Shown: piece after piece, positions 47,209 through 55,731 of the stretch | How positions within the stretch are numbered: position 1 is the first letter of the stretch | Layout: every line of letters begins with the position of its first letter | Assembly (NCBI GenBank): GCA_010093745.1 | Contig: MU006005.1 | Location: forward strand, 67,934 to 123,664 | Length of the DNA: 55,731 nt | From: Piedraia hortae CBS 480.64 | Taxonomy: Eukaryota | Direction of reading: 5' to 3' | The notes under the pieces: model-generated | The model's database searches: none | What the model saw: the letters and a program-made list of their open reading frames with translations, nothing else | Told to the model about the DNA's origin: nothing | Translations under genes and position numbers: made by a program

Positions 47209-49578
47209 ATGCAGCGTGTCAAGAAAGTCGACTACGACGAAGACGAGCTCTACGACGATTTAGTCGAGGAATATACCGCCGAGGACTGCCAACAGTTTGC
47301 GATATTGACTCCAGTCGTCAAAGCAGAGCTGGAAGAGGCCGGACTCCAAAGTACTGACAAGGAAGTCGAGGAGGCTCTTTGGCACTATTACTGGGACGTC
47401 CAGAAGAGTGTCAACTATCTGAAACACGTAAAGCGGCCCAAATCTATCCCCAAGCCGGAAACGAAGCAATCAAAGTCGACGCCAAAGAGTCGCTTTGACG
47501 AAGGTGCAAAGAGGAACGCAAAGACTGAAGGTAAGTTTGTAAATTTTTCATAATCTGCCCTTCGCGGGCGGCTCTTTCTCACGGCCAAGAAGAAGTGGGT
47601 CTATTCCTCCACTCCTTTTTGGACGTGTGCTGAGCGGTTTGCGTAGTGCCTTCTCGTGTGAAAAGACAAACATGTTGGGTGGTTCATCCAAGCTTTCCAA
47701 ATTGGCAGAGGAGAGGCGCAAAAAGGCAGAATCAGCTCAAAGCGCACAAGCACCCGGTCTGAATTCGCTGGATCGTCTCATCAAGGCCCAAGGCGGTGAT
47801 GAGGCTAAACAACAACCGTCCTCCATCCGTCTGCGTAAGATTCCGCTTCGGCCAAAACATCGAACTGCTGCTCCTGAAACTCTCCCGTATGATTCAGAGA
47901 AGCCCGAAGAGAAGCCTCAGGATACGTCAATGCTGAGAGCATCACCCACTGCTTTTGGGCGTTTTATCTCGCTTCCAGTGAAAGAGCACAAAGCCCTTCC
48001 ACAGATCACACTGAAAGATGTGACTGGATGTGAAGTGGATATCAAACCGTTTTTGGATCCATCACCAGACACTATTGTCTTGCAAGCGCAGAAGAAGCGC
48101 AAAGGGATTACAAAGAGTTGATGGGTTATTCGGCTAACTTGGATCTGCAGGGCTAGGCAAGTCTACACCCAATGCAAATGCATTGGCAAGGGAAACGGAG
48201 AAGTTGAGCGTTGAGGATAAACCGGCAAAGAAGGCGCTCAATGTGCTCAAGCTTTGGCAGGAGGTGAAGCTGCCGTCTGTGGCTTTTGTGGTCATTGGTC
48301 ATGTAGATCATGGTAAAAGTACGCTAATGGGCCGATTGCTACTGGACTCGGGGGCCGTTCAGCAGCGTGATGTTGACAAGTTTGTCGTCTCAACCTACCC
48401 ATGGAAGAAGGCTAACATGTTACAGATATCAAAAGCAAGCAGGCGAGATGGGCAAGTCGTCGTTTGCCCTGGCTTGGGTAATGGACACGGATCCAGAAGA
48501 GCGGGAGCGTGGTGTTACTGTTGGTATCGCACAGCATCATATCTCAACCGAAAAAGCCGCATTTACAATCTTGGACGCTCCAGGCCACCGCGATTTTGTG
48601 CCCAACATGATTGCAGGGGTCTCCATGGCGGATTTCGCCGTCATTGTAGTAGATGTCAGTCAGTTGGAAAGCGGCATGAAGGGTCAGACGAGAGAACATA
48701 TAGTGCTTGCGAAAGCCGCGGGTTTGACCAGGGTCATTGTCGCCATCAACAAGCTCGATTCGATCAAGCCAGAGGCTTGGGACTTTGAGGTATATAAAGC
48801 CGTGCGGGATGAGGTTGCGACGTTCTTGAGAAAGACTGGCTTTGAGGATGAGCATGTCCAATTCACCGCCTGCAGTGGGCTCAAGGGAGAGAATGTGGTC
48901 CGTAAAGGGTCGGCCGCGTGGTTATCAGAGGACTATCCCACACTTTTACAAGCACTCGAAAAGGCAGCCACATCGGAGACCACGCCGGAGCGGATTGAAA
49001 GCTCCCTGGAGATGCAAGTCGCCGATGTCTATCGCGGGGGAATTGCGAATTTTCTATCAATTTCAGGTCGCATTGCATCTGGTCACGTACAAGTTGGGGA
49101 TACGATCATGATCCAACCCAGCGGGGAGAGTGCTCTGATCAAGGGGATAGAGGTCAACGACGAGACTCAAGAATGGTCGGCAGCGGGCCAGATCCCCATC
49201 CTACATCTAACAGATATGGATGCAAATCATGTGCAGCCAGGGGATATGGTATACTGTCCCTCCCAACTGATACCGCTAGTCAAGGAATTCGAAGCGACAG
49301 TCAATACTTTACAGAGCCTACTGCCGCAACGACTGGACCTTCACCTGGGAAGACTACACGTTTCTGCTTTTGTCAAGCAGTTGACTGCGTTGCTAAACGA
49401 AAAGGGGGAAGTGATCAAGAACAAACCGCGCGTGGTGCAGCCTGAACAACGGGCGCGAGTAGTTATATCTCTTGCCGAGGGGATACCGGTAGGTAAGTCG
49501 CTTGCCGTCATCCTACGAAGTGAAGGATCTACTGTTGCCTACGGACATGTACATAGCGCCGCATTATCATCTACATAA
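47209..49578 (+). CDS. HBS1: HBS1 ribosome-rescue translational GTPase, ~567 aa isoform
   Basis: Exons 47209-47530, 48151-48379, 48426-49578 join in frame; N-domain ALWHYYWDVQKSVNYL; GHVDHGKS, GKSSFALAWVMD, ERERGVTV, DAPGHRDF, NKLD, CSGLKGEN. Confidence 0.9.
47647..48121 (+). CDS. SKI7: Ski7-like alternative exon inside HBS1 intron 1, ending in its own stop
   Basis: Open frame with MLGGSSKLSKLAEERRKK, LRASPTAFGRFI and PFLDPSPDTIVLQAQ, resembling conserved Ski7 motifs; candidate acceptor GCTGAG..TAG at 47646; TGA at 48119-48121. Confidence 0.72.
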
Positions 49579-50917
49579 TTAGCTTCGTAATCTTGCCAAT
49601 GGCAATTGTTTGGCCCTGATCTCGTAACGTAAAGCGGCCAAGCTGCGGATAATCTTCGAAGCGTTCGACGCAGACGGCACCAGCCGCACCAGTCACCTTT
49701 ATCCTGGCGATGATGTTCTGGTTTTGCTTCGCAAACCTCGGGGCTTTTTTTGATTTTCGATTCGTCTTTGGCTCCAAGTAATGGAGAAGCTCCTCAAATA
49801 TGACTTCTTCCGTAGACGCGTGCACGTGCAATACGCACGGAAACCCGATCGAAAGGACCGATCTGAGCTCCAGAAGACGGATCTGGGCCTCGAACGCGCT
49901 TACACAGTGCACCGGTCGTTCTGGGGCACAGAGCACGAAGCCTGGGAGAATGTCCTCTTCCTCAGCACCTTTGATGCGGGCTCGCGCCTGCTCCCCGGCC
50001 ATCACTTGCTCTACCTCGTCCTCCGTCTCGCCGTACAAGGCAGAAATGTCAATGTTGGCGCGGCTCGGCATCATGAGATACTTTCCGCTCTTCTTCAACA
50101 CGCCTGCCTCGATCTTTCCTTCGATCATGGTGCCCTGTTCGCGGTATTTGGCTGATATGGGCATCATCAGCGGTGCGTCAATGTTGCGTTGGGGCGTTGG
50201 CATATTATCGAGGTACTCTAACAGTGATGGGGACTCATTCCACGGAGCGAGATCTTTGGGGACGCGTTTGTTAATCCCAATGGTCTGCTGTGCAGCAATT
50301 GGCATAAAATAGAGGTCTGTCTTGGGATTGTAGCCAATATTGCGGAGGAAGGTCGAGACTTTGCTGATACATTCGTTGTACCGCTCCTCAGACCAGTCGA
50401 CTGTGGGATCATCCATCTTGTTGACGACAACGACGAGCTTGTTGACGCCTTGCGTCTTTGCCAGCATTGCGTGTTCGCGCGTCTGACCGCCCTTCTCAAA
50501 GCCTGTCTCGTACTCCCCTTTGCGGGCAGAAATGACCAGCACGCCGACATCTGCTTGTGATGCACTCGACATCATATTCGGCACATAGTTCTTGTGGCCA
50601 GGGGCGTCGAGGATGGAGTAGCGTCGCGTGTCAGTTTCGAAGAAGCCGCGACCGACCTCGACCGTCTTACCCTTTGCTCGCTCCTCCTTGGTCTCGTCAA
50701 GAGCCCAGGAAAGAAACCACGACTCTCGGCCCATCTCTTTGGACTCTCTTTTGTATTTGTCCAGTGTGCGATCGTCGATTCTGCCTGTGGCGTACAGGAT
50801 GCTGCCGCCCAGCGTGCTCTTGCCAGCGTCAACATGGCCAAGAAAGATGATGTTGACGTGTTCTTTGCCGAAGACTTCGACCTCGGCGGCAGCGGCGTTG
50901 GCGTCGGCCTGAGACAT
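49571..50917 (-). CDS. SUP35: Peptide chain release factor 3 (eRF3), C-terminal GTPase region only, 448 aa
   Basis: KEHVNIIFLGHVDAGKST, RESWFLSWALD, KGKTVEVG, DAPGH, GEYETGFEKGGQTREH, NKMDDPTV and the eRF3 GRFTLRD motif; intronless. Confidence 0.93.
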   Translation of the reverse strand: MSQADANAAAAEVEVFGKEHVNIIFLGHVDAGKSTLGGSILYATGRIDDRTLDKYKRESKEMGRESWFLSWALDETKEERAKGKTVEVGRGFFETDTRRYSILDAPGHKNYVPNMMSSASQADVGVLVISARKGEYETGFEKGGQTREHAMLAKTQGVNKLVVVVNKMDDPTVDWSEERYNECISKVSTFLRNIGYNPKTDLYFMPIAAQQTIGINKRVPKDLAPWNESPSLLEYLDNMPTPQRNIDAPLMMPISAKYREQGTMIEGKIEAGVLKKSGKYLMMPSRANIDISALYGETEDEVEQVMAGEQARARIKGAEEEDILPGFVLCAPERPVHCVSAFEAQIRLLELRSVLSIGFPCVLHVHASTEEVIFEELLHYLEPKTNRKSKKAPRFAKQNQNIIARIKVTGAAGAVCVERFEDYPQLGRFTLRDQGQTIAIGKITKLIM

Positions 50918-51074
50918 GATGGCAGTGTTGCGGTGTGGATCTTTGGTTTCTGTCGCCTCTGTGCGGTGTGGTGTGGTGGGGGAGCGACCCCGCGGCAAAG
51001 TCTTGGCACGCAACATCCCGGACGACCTTGATGGTCACTTTGTCCGTCGGCCGTCATGCCACGCATCCACAATA

Positions 51075-52796
51075 ATGGACGCGCTGCTGGCCAAGGTCAC
51101 GTCGCAGGCCATGAATTATGCCATTCGCTCCGGCATCACCATCACCGCCTCCTACGCCATCCGCCAGTGTGGCCGGTTGCTGAAAGAGGCGCCGCGCAGC
51201 AAGGAGCGTAGCGAGCTCATGCTGCTGCAGGCACGTCTCGATGCCAAGATCAAGATTATCTCGCCGTCAATCGACATGATTGAGCTGATATCCGCCCGCG
51301 GTAATACGACGCTGGACTCAGCCGTGCTATTGACCAAGCAGATTCGCCACGACATCCAGCAGCTGGGCAAGCGGCTCAACGATGTCGCCAATGACGAGGT
51401 GATGCTTAAGAAGCTAAACAGACGAACAGAGAAGAATGAGCAGGAATTGAGGGACATCATAGTTGCCATAAACCAACTGCTGGTGCGCATCGATGACGCG
51501 GTGCCGCTGGTCAATCTGGCCATAACCACATCAGGCGTCAATCTATCCACCAATCTCTCCGGTTCCATCAGCCCAAGCCGCCTGCTACAGGCCTCGACCT
51601 TCCTGACGGCCGCTGATGGCGACTACAGAACGACTCCCGGCCGCCGATGCCAGGTCGGTCCCACATACACGCTTAGCGTCTACATGCTCTTTGCTGGTCA
51701 TTTGCGCACCGAAGAAAGCACGCGCCCAACAACTTGGAAGGAAGTCATGCACAAGGCCCAGGCCAAACTTGTGCGCGTGCCGCTGGACCGCGTGTACAAC
51801 CCACCGGGCGAAGGAGGCTGCGGAACTACGCACGCCGGTGAGTTTGCCTATCAGCTGACGCTCATCGAGGACTTTGACGACGGTCGCGTCCACACGGTTG
51901 AGGGGGAGCCACCCGGTCCTTGCGAAGACGTGTCGTCAGCTGGAATTCGGGACAGCATACCGGTTCACCAAGTGTCCAAAATATTCTATGCCGATACTGG
52001 CAAGATTCTCAATCTGGGCTCCGACAGCGATACCAGCAGCCCCGTGCTTTTGCTGAAGCGAGACATTCGGGCGCAACCGCCGTGGGAGAGCTTGCTGGAG
52101 TCGGAAATGGGCGACGAGGATGTTCCGGGGAGCGGGAGCACGAGCAGAAATGGAAGCGGGAATGGCCGGGTTGCTCCGGCCCTAGATAATGTGTGGCGAT
52201 TGCCAGCCGATCTCGATCCCGAGTGGATTGCGCTCGAAGTCTTCACAGACCAAGAGGACAGCGACGACGAAGACATTGCCGATGCAACCTCGCGTCTGAG
52301 CGTCTCTTCCTCTTGTCAATCTGCACCTGCACCGTGGCCCCGCATAAAGACCAGCCTGTCGCTGCTGGAGATGCTGATGAAGCTGGCATCTCTACAGCAG
52401 CTGCGCCAAGAATCTCATCTCGCCATTGAGGATGAGCTCCTGAATTTCTTCTTGGAGGATAGCTCAACGGCTGGCGCCGTTTACGGCCGAGAACAGCGCC
52501 GGAGGATCAGACACGATGCAGAACGTCGCGTGGGTTTCGATCCATATGACGAGTCTCCGATCAAACGAAGGGGGGAGGAATACATTCACCAACACGGGGC
52601 GGTGACGCCTCTGATGCTTCCTCATACGAAGTTGCAGGCATCGTCCATGGCGTCGTCGTCGCCGATGGCTTCGTCACCGGGTTCCCCAAAGCCGGCCACC
52701 TCAGGCTCTCCTATGCCTGCCACACCAACCTCCCAGCTGCTTGCGACGCCAGCATCTCAGCCTAGCAAAGGCAGCAAAGGCAGCAAAAGCGCCTAA
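51075..52796 (+). CDS. RanGTP-binding protein, Yrb30-like
   Basis: MDALLAKVTSQAMNYAIRSGI, IISPSIDMIELISARGNTTL, VSKIFYADTG, LSLLEMLMKLASLQ: family recognised from memory. Confidence 0.78.
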   Translation: MDALLAKVTSQAMNYAIRSGITITASYAIRQCGRLLKEAPRSKERSELMLLQARLDAKIKIISPSIDMIELISARGNTTLDSAVLLTKQIRHDIQQLGKRLNDVANDEVMLKKLNRRTEKNEQELRDIIVAINQLLVRIDDAVPLVNLAITTSGVNLSTNLSGSISPSRLLQASTFLTAADGDYRTTPGRRCQVGPTYTLSVYMLFAGHLRTEESTRPTTWKEVMHKAQAKLVRVPLDRVYNPPGEGGCGTTHAGEFAYQLTLIEDFDDGRVHTVEGEPPGPCEDVSSAGIRDSIPVHQVSKIFYADTGKILNLGSDSDTSSPVLLLKRDIRAQPPWESLLESEMGDEDVPGSGSTSRNGSGNGRVAPALDNVWRLPADLDPEWIALEVFTDQEDSDDEDIADATSRLSVSSSCQSAPAPWPRIKTSLSLLEMLMKLASLQQLRQESHLAIEDELLNFFLEDSSTAGAVYGREQRRRIRHDAERRVGFDPYDESPIKRRGEEYIHQHGAVTPLMLPHTKLQASSMASSSPMASSPGSPKPATSGSPMPATPTSQLLATPASQPSKGSKGSKSA

Positions 52797-52904
52797 AAGT
52801 CGGTGGCCATTCATGCCGCGTTTCAGCTGCCACGCGAGAGTCTCCTTTTCCCCAGACAGATAACGTCGCGCCCCACAGTGACTTGATTTGACTTGATTCA
52901 ACTA

Positions 52905-53300
52905 TTTAAAACGTCCTGGCAGGTGGGGCAACCTGCAACCATCCGAGGAGTAATCCGAGGCGGTCGTGATGACATCCAGTCCCAGATTCCGGAAGGCTGA
53001 CTCTAACGCGCTATTTCCCAGCAGATCGTCGGCGCCTGTGCGGGGTTAGTTCAACCCCTTGGCGGGTGGATGTACGGCTTGTGCCGCCTCCATCTTGCCC
53101 CGAAAACATGCCTGGGGTCGGCGTCTCCGCCCGCAGATCATGTGCCACTCTGTTGCATACCCCGGACGTCCTATTTCCCGATGAGGGCTCGTGAAGCCAC
53201 CCACCAACCTCCAACCCCGGCATCGGCAGCGGCGCCACCGTTTCCCCGCAAGGGGATGTCGGTCCGTAAACTGCGGCGCCGCCAAAACTCGGTTGCAGAT
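52905..53300. ncRNA. Candidate structured RNA element of unknown class
   Basis: Several nested and long-range complementary stems and GNRA-capped hairpins in a GC-rich intergenic block (see findings). No known family recognised. Confidence 0.4.
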
Positions 53301-53391
53301 TTCAATACTCACACCGCAGATGCGCGCCGTACTAAAATACAATCTAACGTACAGTAGAATACAGTATGGTACAATACTGGTCGGATCATCG

Positions 53392-54335
53392 TTACCAGCC
53401 TTTTGCATGATATTCTTGCAGGCCGGCATCAAAGTACTCATTTGTGAATTGCCGGTTGGCGCCAAGAGTCACAGGCTCCGGCAGTTGTCGCAACTTTGTC
53501 ATATCCTGTGTCGTGTGTCGCCGCTTCATTTTCATAAGATTGCTCGTGCTTCTATACTGTCGTTCCCACAAGAGATTTTTGCGCAGCGACTCCGTTAGTT
53601 CCGTCGAAAGCATATTACGACGAGTAGTGCGCGGGGAAAGCGCAAGGGAGGCGTTGGACGGGGCCTTTGCGATAGTAATCGGGCGCGGCCCTGTTTCCGT
53701 CTCAGAAACTGTAGGCAGCGAAGGGTCCATGGGTGGTGATGCCCGTCTCCGTCCATTCAGCGCCGGCTGTGATGCAGCGTTCCGCAAAGCTGCCGCGCGA
53801 TCGCTCTCGTGCATCATTGAGGTGAGTAGTGAGCGGTGTGATGTGAGGTTTGGCTTCGAATCCACGCGCTGGAAGAGGCCTTTGTCGCTAGGAGATGGTG
53901 AGGCGCTGGGGCCATCTGAATCCTCCCAATCTGAAGAGTCAGTTATAGAATCTCGATCAGAGGGCAATGCCACGCACCCGATGAATCATCCTCATCTTCA
54001 ATGGCAGAGCCAGAGTCATCTTCATCTTCTGAAAAAACGGGCCGATCCTCTGGTATATCGGCCTGCGGACGCATTTTCGCAGCCCGTATACTCTCAGATA
54101 GGTTGCTCTGAAACGATTTCATGTGGCGATCCAACGAGCCGTCGTCCTCGCCCGATGAAGAGCCAAGAGTGAACATGGTTGGCTTCTTGCCATCGCCCGG
54201 CTGCTGACCAGGAGGGTTGTTGCGCGTTGAGGTCGAGAGCTCGGGCTCTGGCTCGGGCGCCAGGCGGGTCTGTGAACGATACGACGAGGGTGGTCCACCG
54301 GGAACGAAGCCACGGACTATCGAATGCGAGGGCAT
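53392..54335 (-). CDS. DUF3295-like conserved fungal protein, ~298 aa
   Basis: SHSIVRGF, MFTLGSSSGEDD, SDWEDS across 47-nt intron 53977-53931, LFQRVDSKPNLTSHRSLLT, SPRTTRRNMLSTELTESLRKNLLWERQ, YHAKGW*. Start uncertain. Confidence 0.78.
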
Positions 54336-55401
54336 ATTGGGCGAGTGTGAAAGGGAGGAACGGGAACAGAGGCGGCTGGAGGATGAGGGGTGAGGAGGCA
54401 TGTGTGTAGGAGCGACGGAGCAGTTGTAGTGGCAGTTGGGAAACGAAGCGCAAGTGTGGACCCGGGAGGGGGGAAGGTCTGGTGGAAACATTGGCGCAAC
54501 ATTCCACGGCAAGGTCACGCGCCGTCCACCAGGGGCTTCAGGAACGGCACGTGCTTGAAGTGACTGGACCGTTCCAATTGGACCAGGCTACCATGTACTG
54601 CCTCCACCTGCCCCAGTCAACGCTTATGCACACTATTTTACCAACTGACATCCCGGATACCGGCCCGACGTGTCGGATTCCCTGTACCCCGGGAAACTCT
54701 CCGCTTCCAGCCCCTTCCAGATCTTGACCGCATTTTCGTCTGTTACGATTTCACCGCCCCCACCCAATCCCACTTTTACAGCCTGGAGACACCGGTAAAG
54801 TGCTTGTGCATCGAGACCTCGGCTCTGTCACAGCTTGTGCTCAACGGTCACTGACAAATGTCCGTGGCGCATTTCGGCACTTGACTAGTCATCTGACTGT
54901 TTCGTCAGCTGAATCCCCTCATGCAGCCTGCAACCTGGCATAGAAACCTTTACGGGCTTAGTGCAACGCGAAACGGGTGGTGCCGTTTGCACGAGGCTTC
55001 TATTTGCAAACGGTGAGAGAGCCAATGCCGACCGTACTGTTTGCTGTGCGTAGTATCTAACGCCTGAGTGGGAGCACTGTTTGCTGTCGACATTGCCATT
55101 GACAATCTGCTGCGGCTCTTTCCGCATCCTGAAGGATCGCCCATGCGCCTTCCAAAACAACAGCAAACGGATCCCTCGCGGGCATGACGCTGCTGCATCG
55201 CATGAAGTAAGGGAGGCCCTTTTAGTAGCTCTCGCTTCTGCTACGCTAATTCGATACAAATTGACAGATAATGCGTCTTGCCTGGCATCAGTCAGCACGC
55301 GTTTGTCGACCTTGGCAGTACACCGATTGTATCACGTGGAAACGTTGGTCCCGGAGTTTGGGCAGCACCAGCAACGTCCAGCATTGTCCTAGCCCAACGA
55401 G

Positions 55402-55571
55402 CAATGGGCATAGGGCGTATGCCCATTGACCGGCACAAAAAGGCCTAAAATGACATCCCACAATGTTCTAGAGACGTGTAGAGTAGGTTAGAGTGGTTTT
55501 CTAAGAGGTCGATTTTGGTGAGGGGGGAAGAGCGTATGCCCATTGACGTTGTACCCCGTATGCCCATTGAC
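55402..55571. repeat. Cluster of CGTATGCCCATTGAC repeats: three direct copies and one inverted 11-bp copy
   Basis: Exact 15-mer at 55416, 55533 and 55557; caatgggcata at 55402-55412 is the reverse complement of tatgcccattg. Confidence 0.9.
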
Positions 55572-55731
55572 TTTTGATGGACTTGTCGAGGCGAAATTTG
55601 AACAGGGTAATGAGATGGTCCCGATGCAGGTTAGGAAAAAAGTTGAGATGATTCTAATGGTTGGATGGCGATATAGGCAGGCAGTGGTTGGGGGTAGGGA
55701 GAGTAGTGGTGGGGGGATAGGGTTGGTAGTA

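Noticed and set aside
48117..48150. Possible 34-nt intron (GTTGAT..CAG) that would fuse the Ski7-like exon in frame to the GTPase
   Set aside because: Shorter than any other intron here and the donor is poor; not accepted, but testable with junction reads.
50916..51074. Track extensions making eRF3 (from 51016) and the YRB30-like ORF (from 50916) overlap head-to-head
   Set aside because: The eRF3 extension uses a non-ATG start and neither extension resembles its family; starts at 50917 and 51075 fit better.
52966..53000. GTGATGA...CTGA as a box C/D snoRNA
   Set aside because: Only about 35 nt between the boxes with no terminal stem; too short.
53041..53058. CTAACCCC on the minus strand as a telomerase template
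   Set aside because: Does not match a TTAGGG template with its alignment region, sits in a hairpin arm, and the spacer is short for a Pezizomycotina telomerase RNA.
9986..54335. Apparent frameshifts or split ORFs in the track (GH128, ABCG, RDH54, TCTP, RPL17, RIF1, HBS1, DUF3295-like)
   Set aside because: Each is resolved by a GT-AG intron that restores the frame; none needs to be called a pseudogene.
55416..55571. 15-bp repeats as a CRISPR-like array
   Set aside because: Eukaryotic context, repeats too short, irregular spacing, no cas genes.

Overview
Gene-dense eukaryotic DNA from a filamentous ascomycete (Pezizomycotina; Eurotiomycete/Chaetothyriales-like is my inference from protein style). 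I can build 23 protein-coding gene models with GT-AG introns, nearly all 43-71 nt: PAN2 (runs off the left edge and is missing from the ORF track), a phytochrome, a flavoprotein-ankyrin protein, a GH128 hydrolase, an alpha/beta-hydrolase-fold protein, an ABCG half-transporter, NPC1/NCR1, a degenerate metallophosphoesterase with an RGG tail, an ArfGAP, an amidase, RDH54/RAD54B, TCTP, a tau55-like histidine phosphatase, RPL17, NOP1, phospholipase B, RIC8, RIF1, an ankyrin-RCC1-BTB protein, HBS1, eRF3/SUP35, a YRB30-like protein and a DUF3295-like protein. No tRNA, rRNA, CRISPR array or transposase was recognised. The most interesting part is 47-56 kb: (i) a Ski7-like exon hidden in a 620-nt HBS1 intron, which is in frame with exon 1 at the best proximal acceptor only if a donor shifted by 4 nt is used; (ii) an eRF3 with no room for the N-terminal prion/M region, overlapping HBS1 tail-to-tail by 8 nt; (iii) an unannotated ~390-nt element with many complementary stems that looks like a structured RNA; (iv) a cluster of 15-bp direct and inverted repeats at the right edge. 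All calls were made by eye; no searches or folding programs were run.
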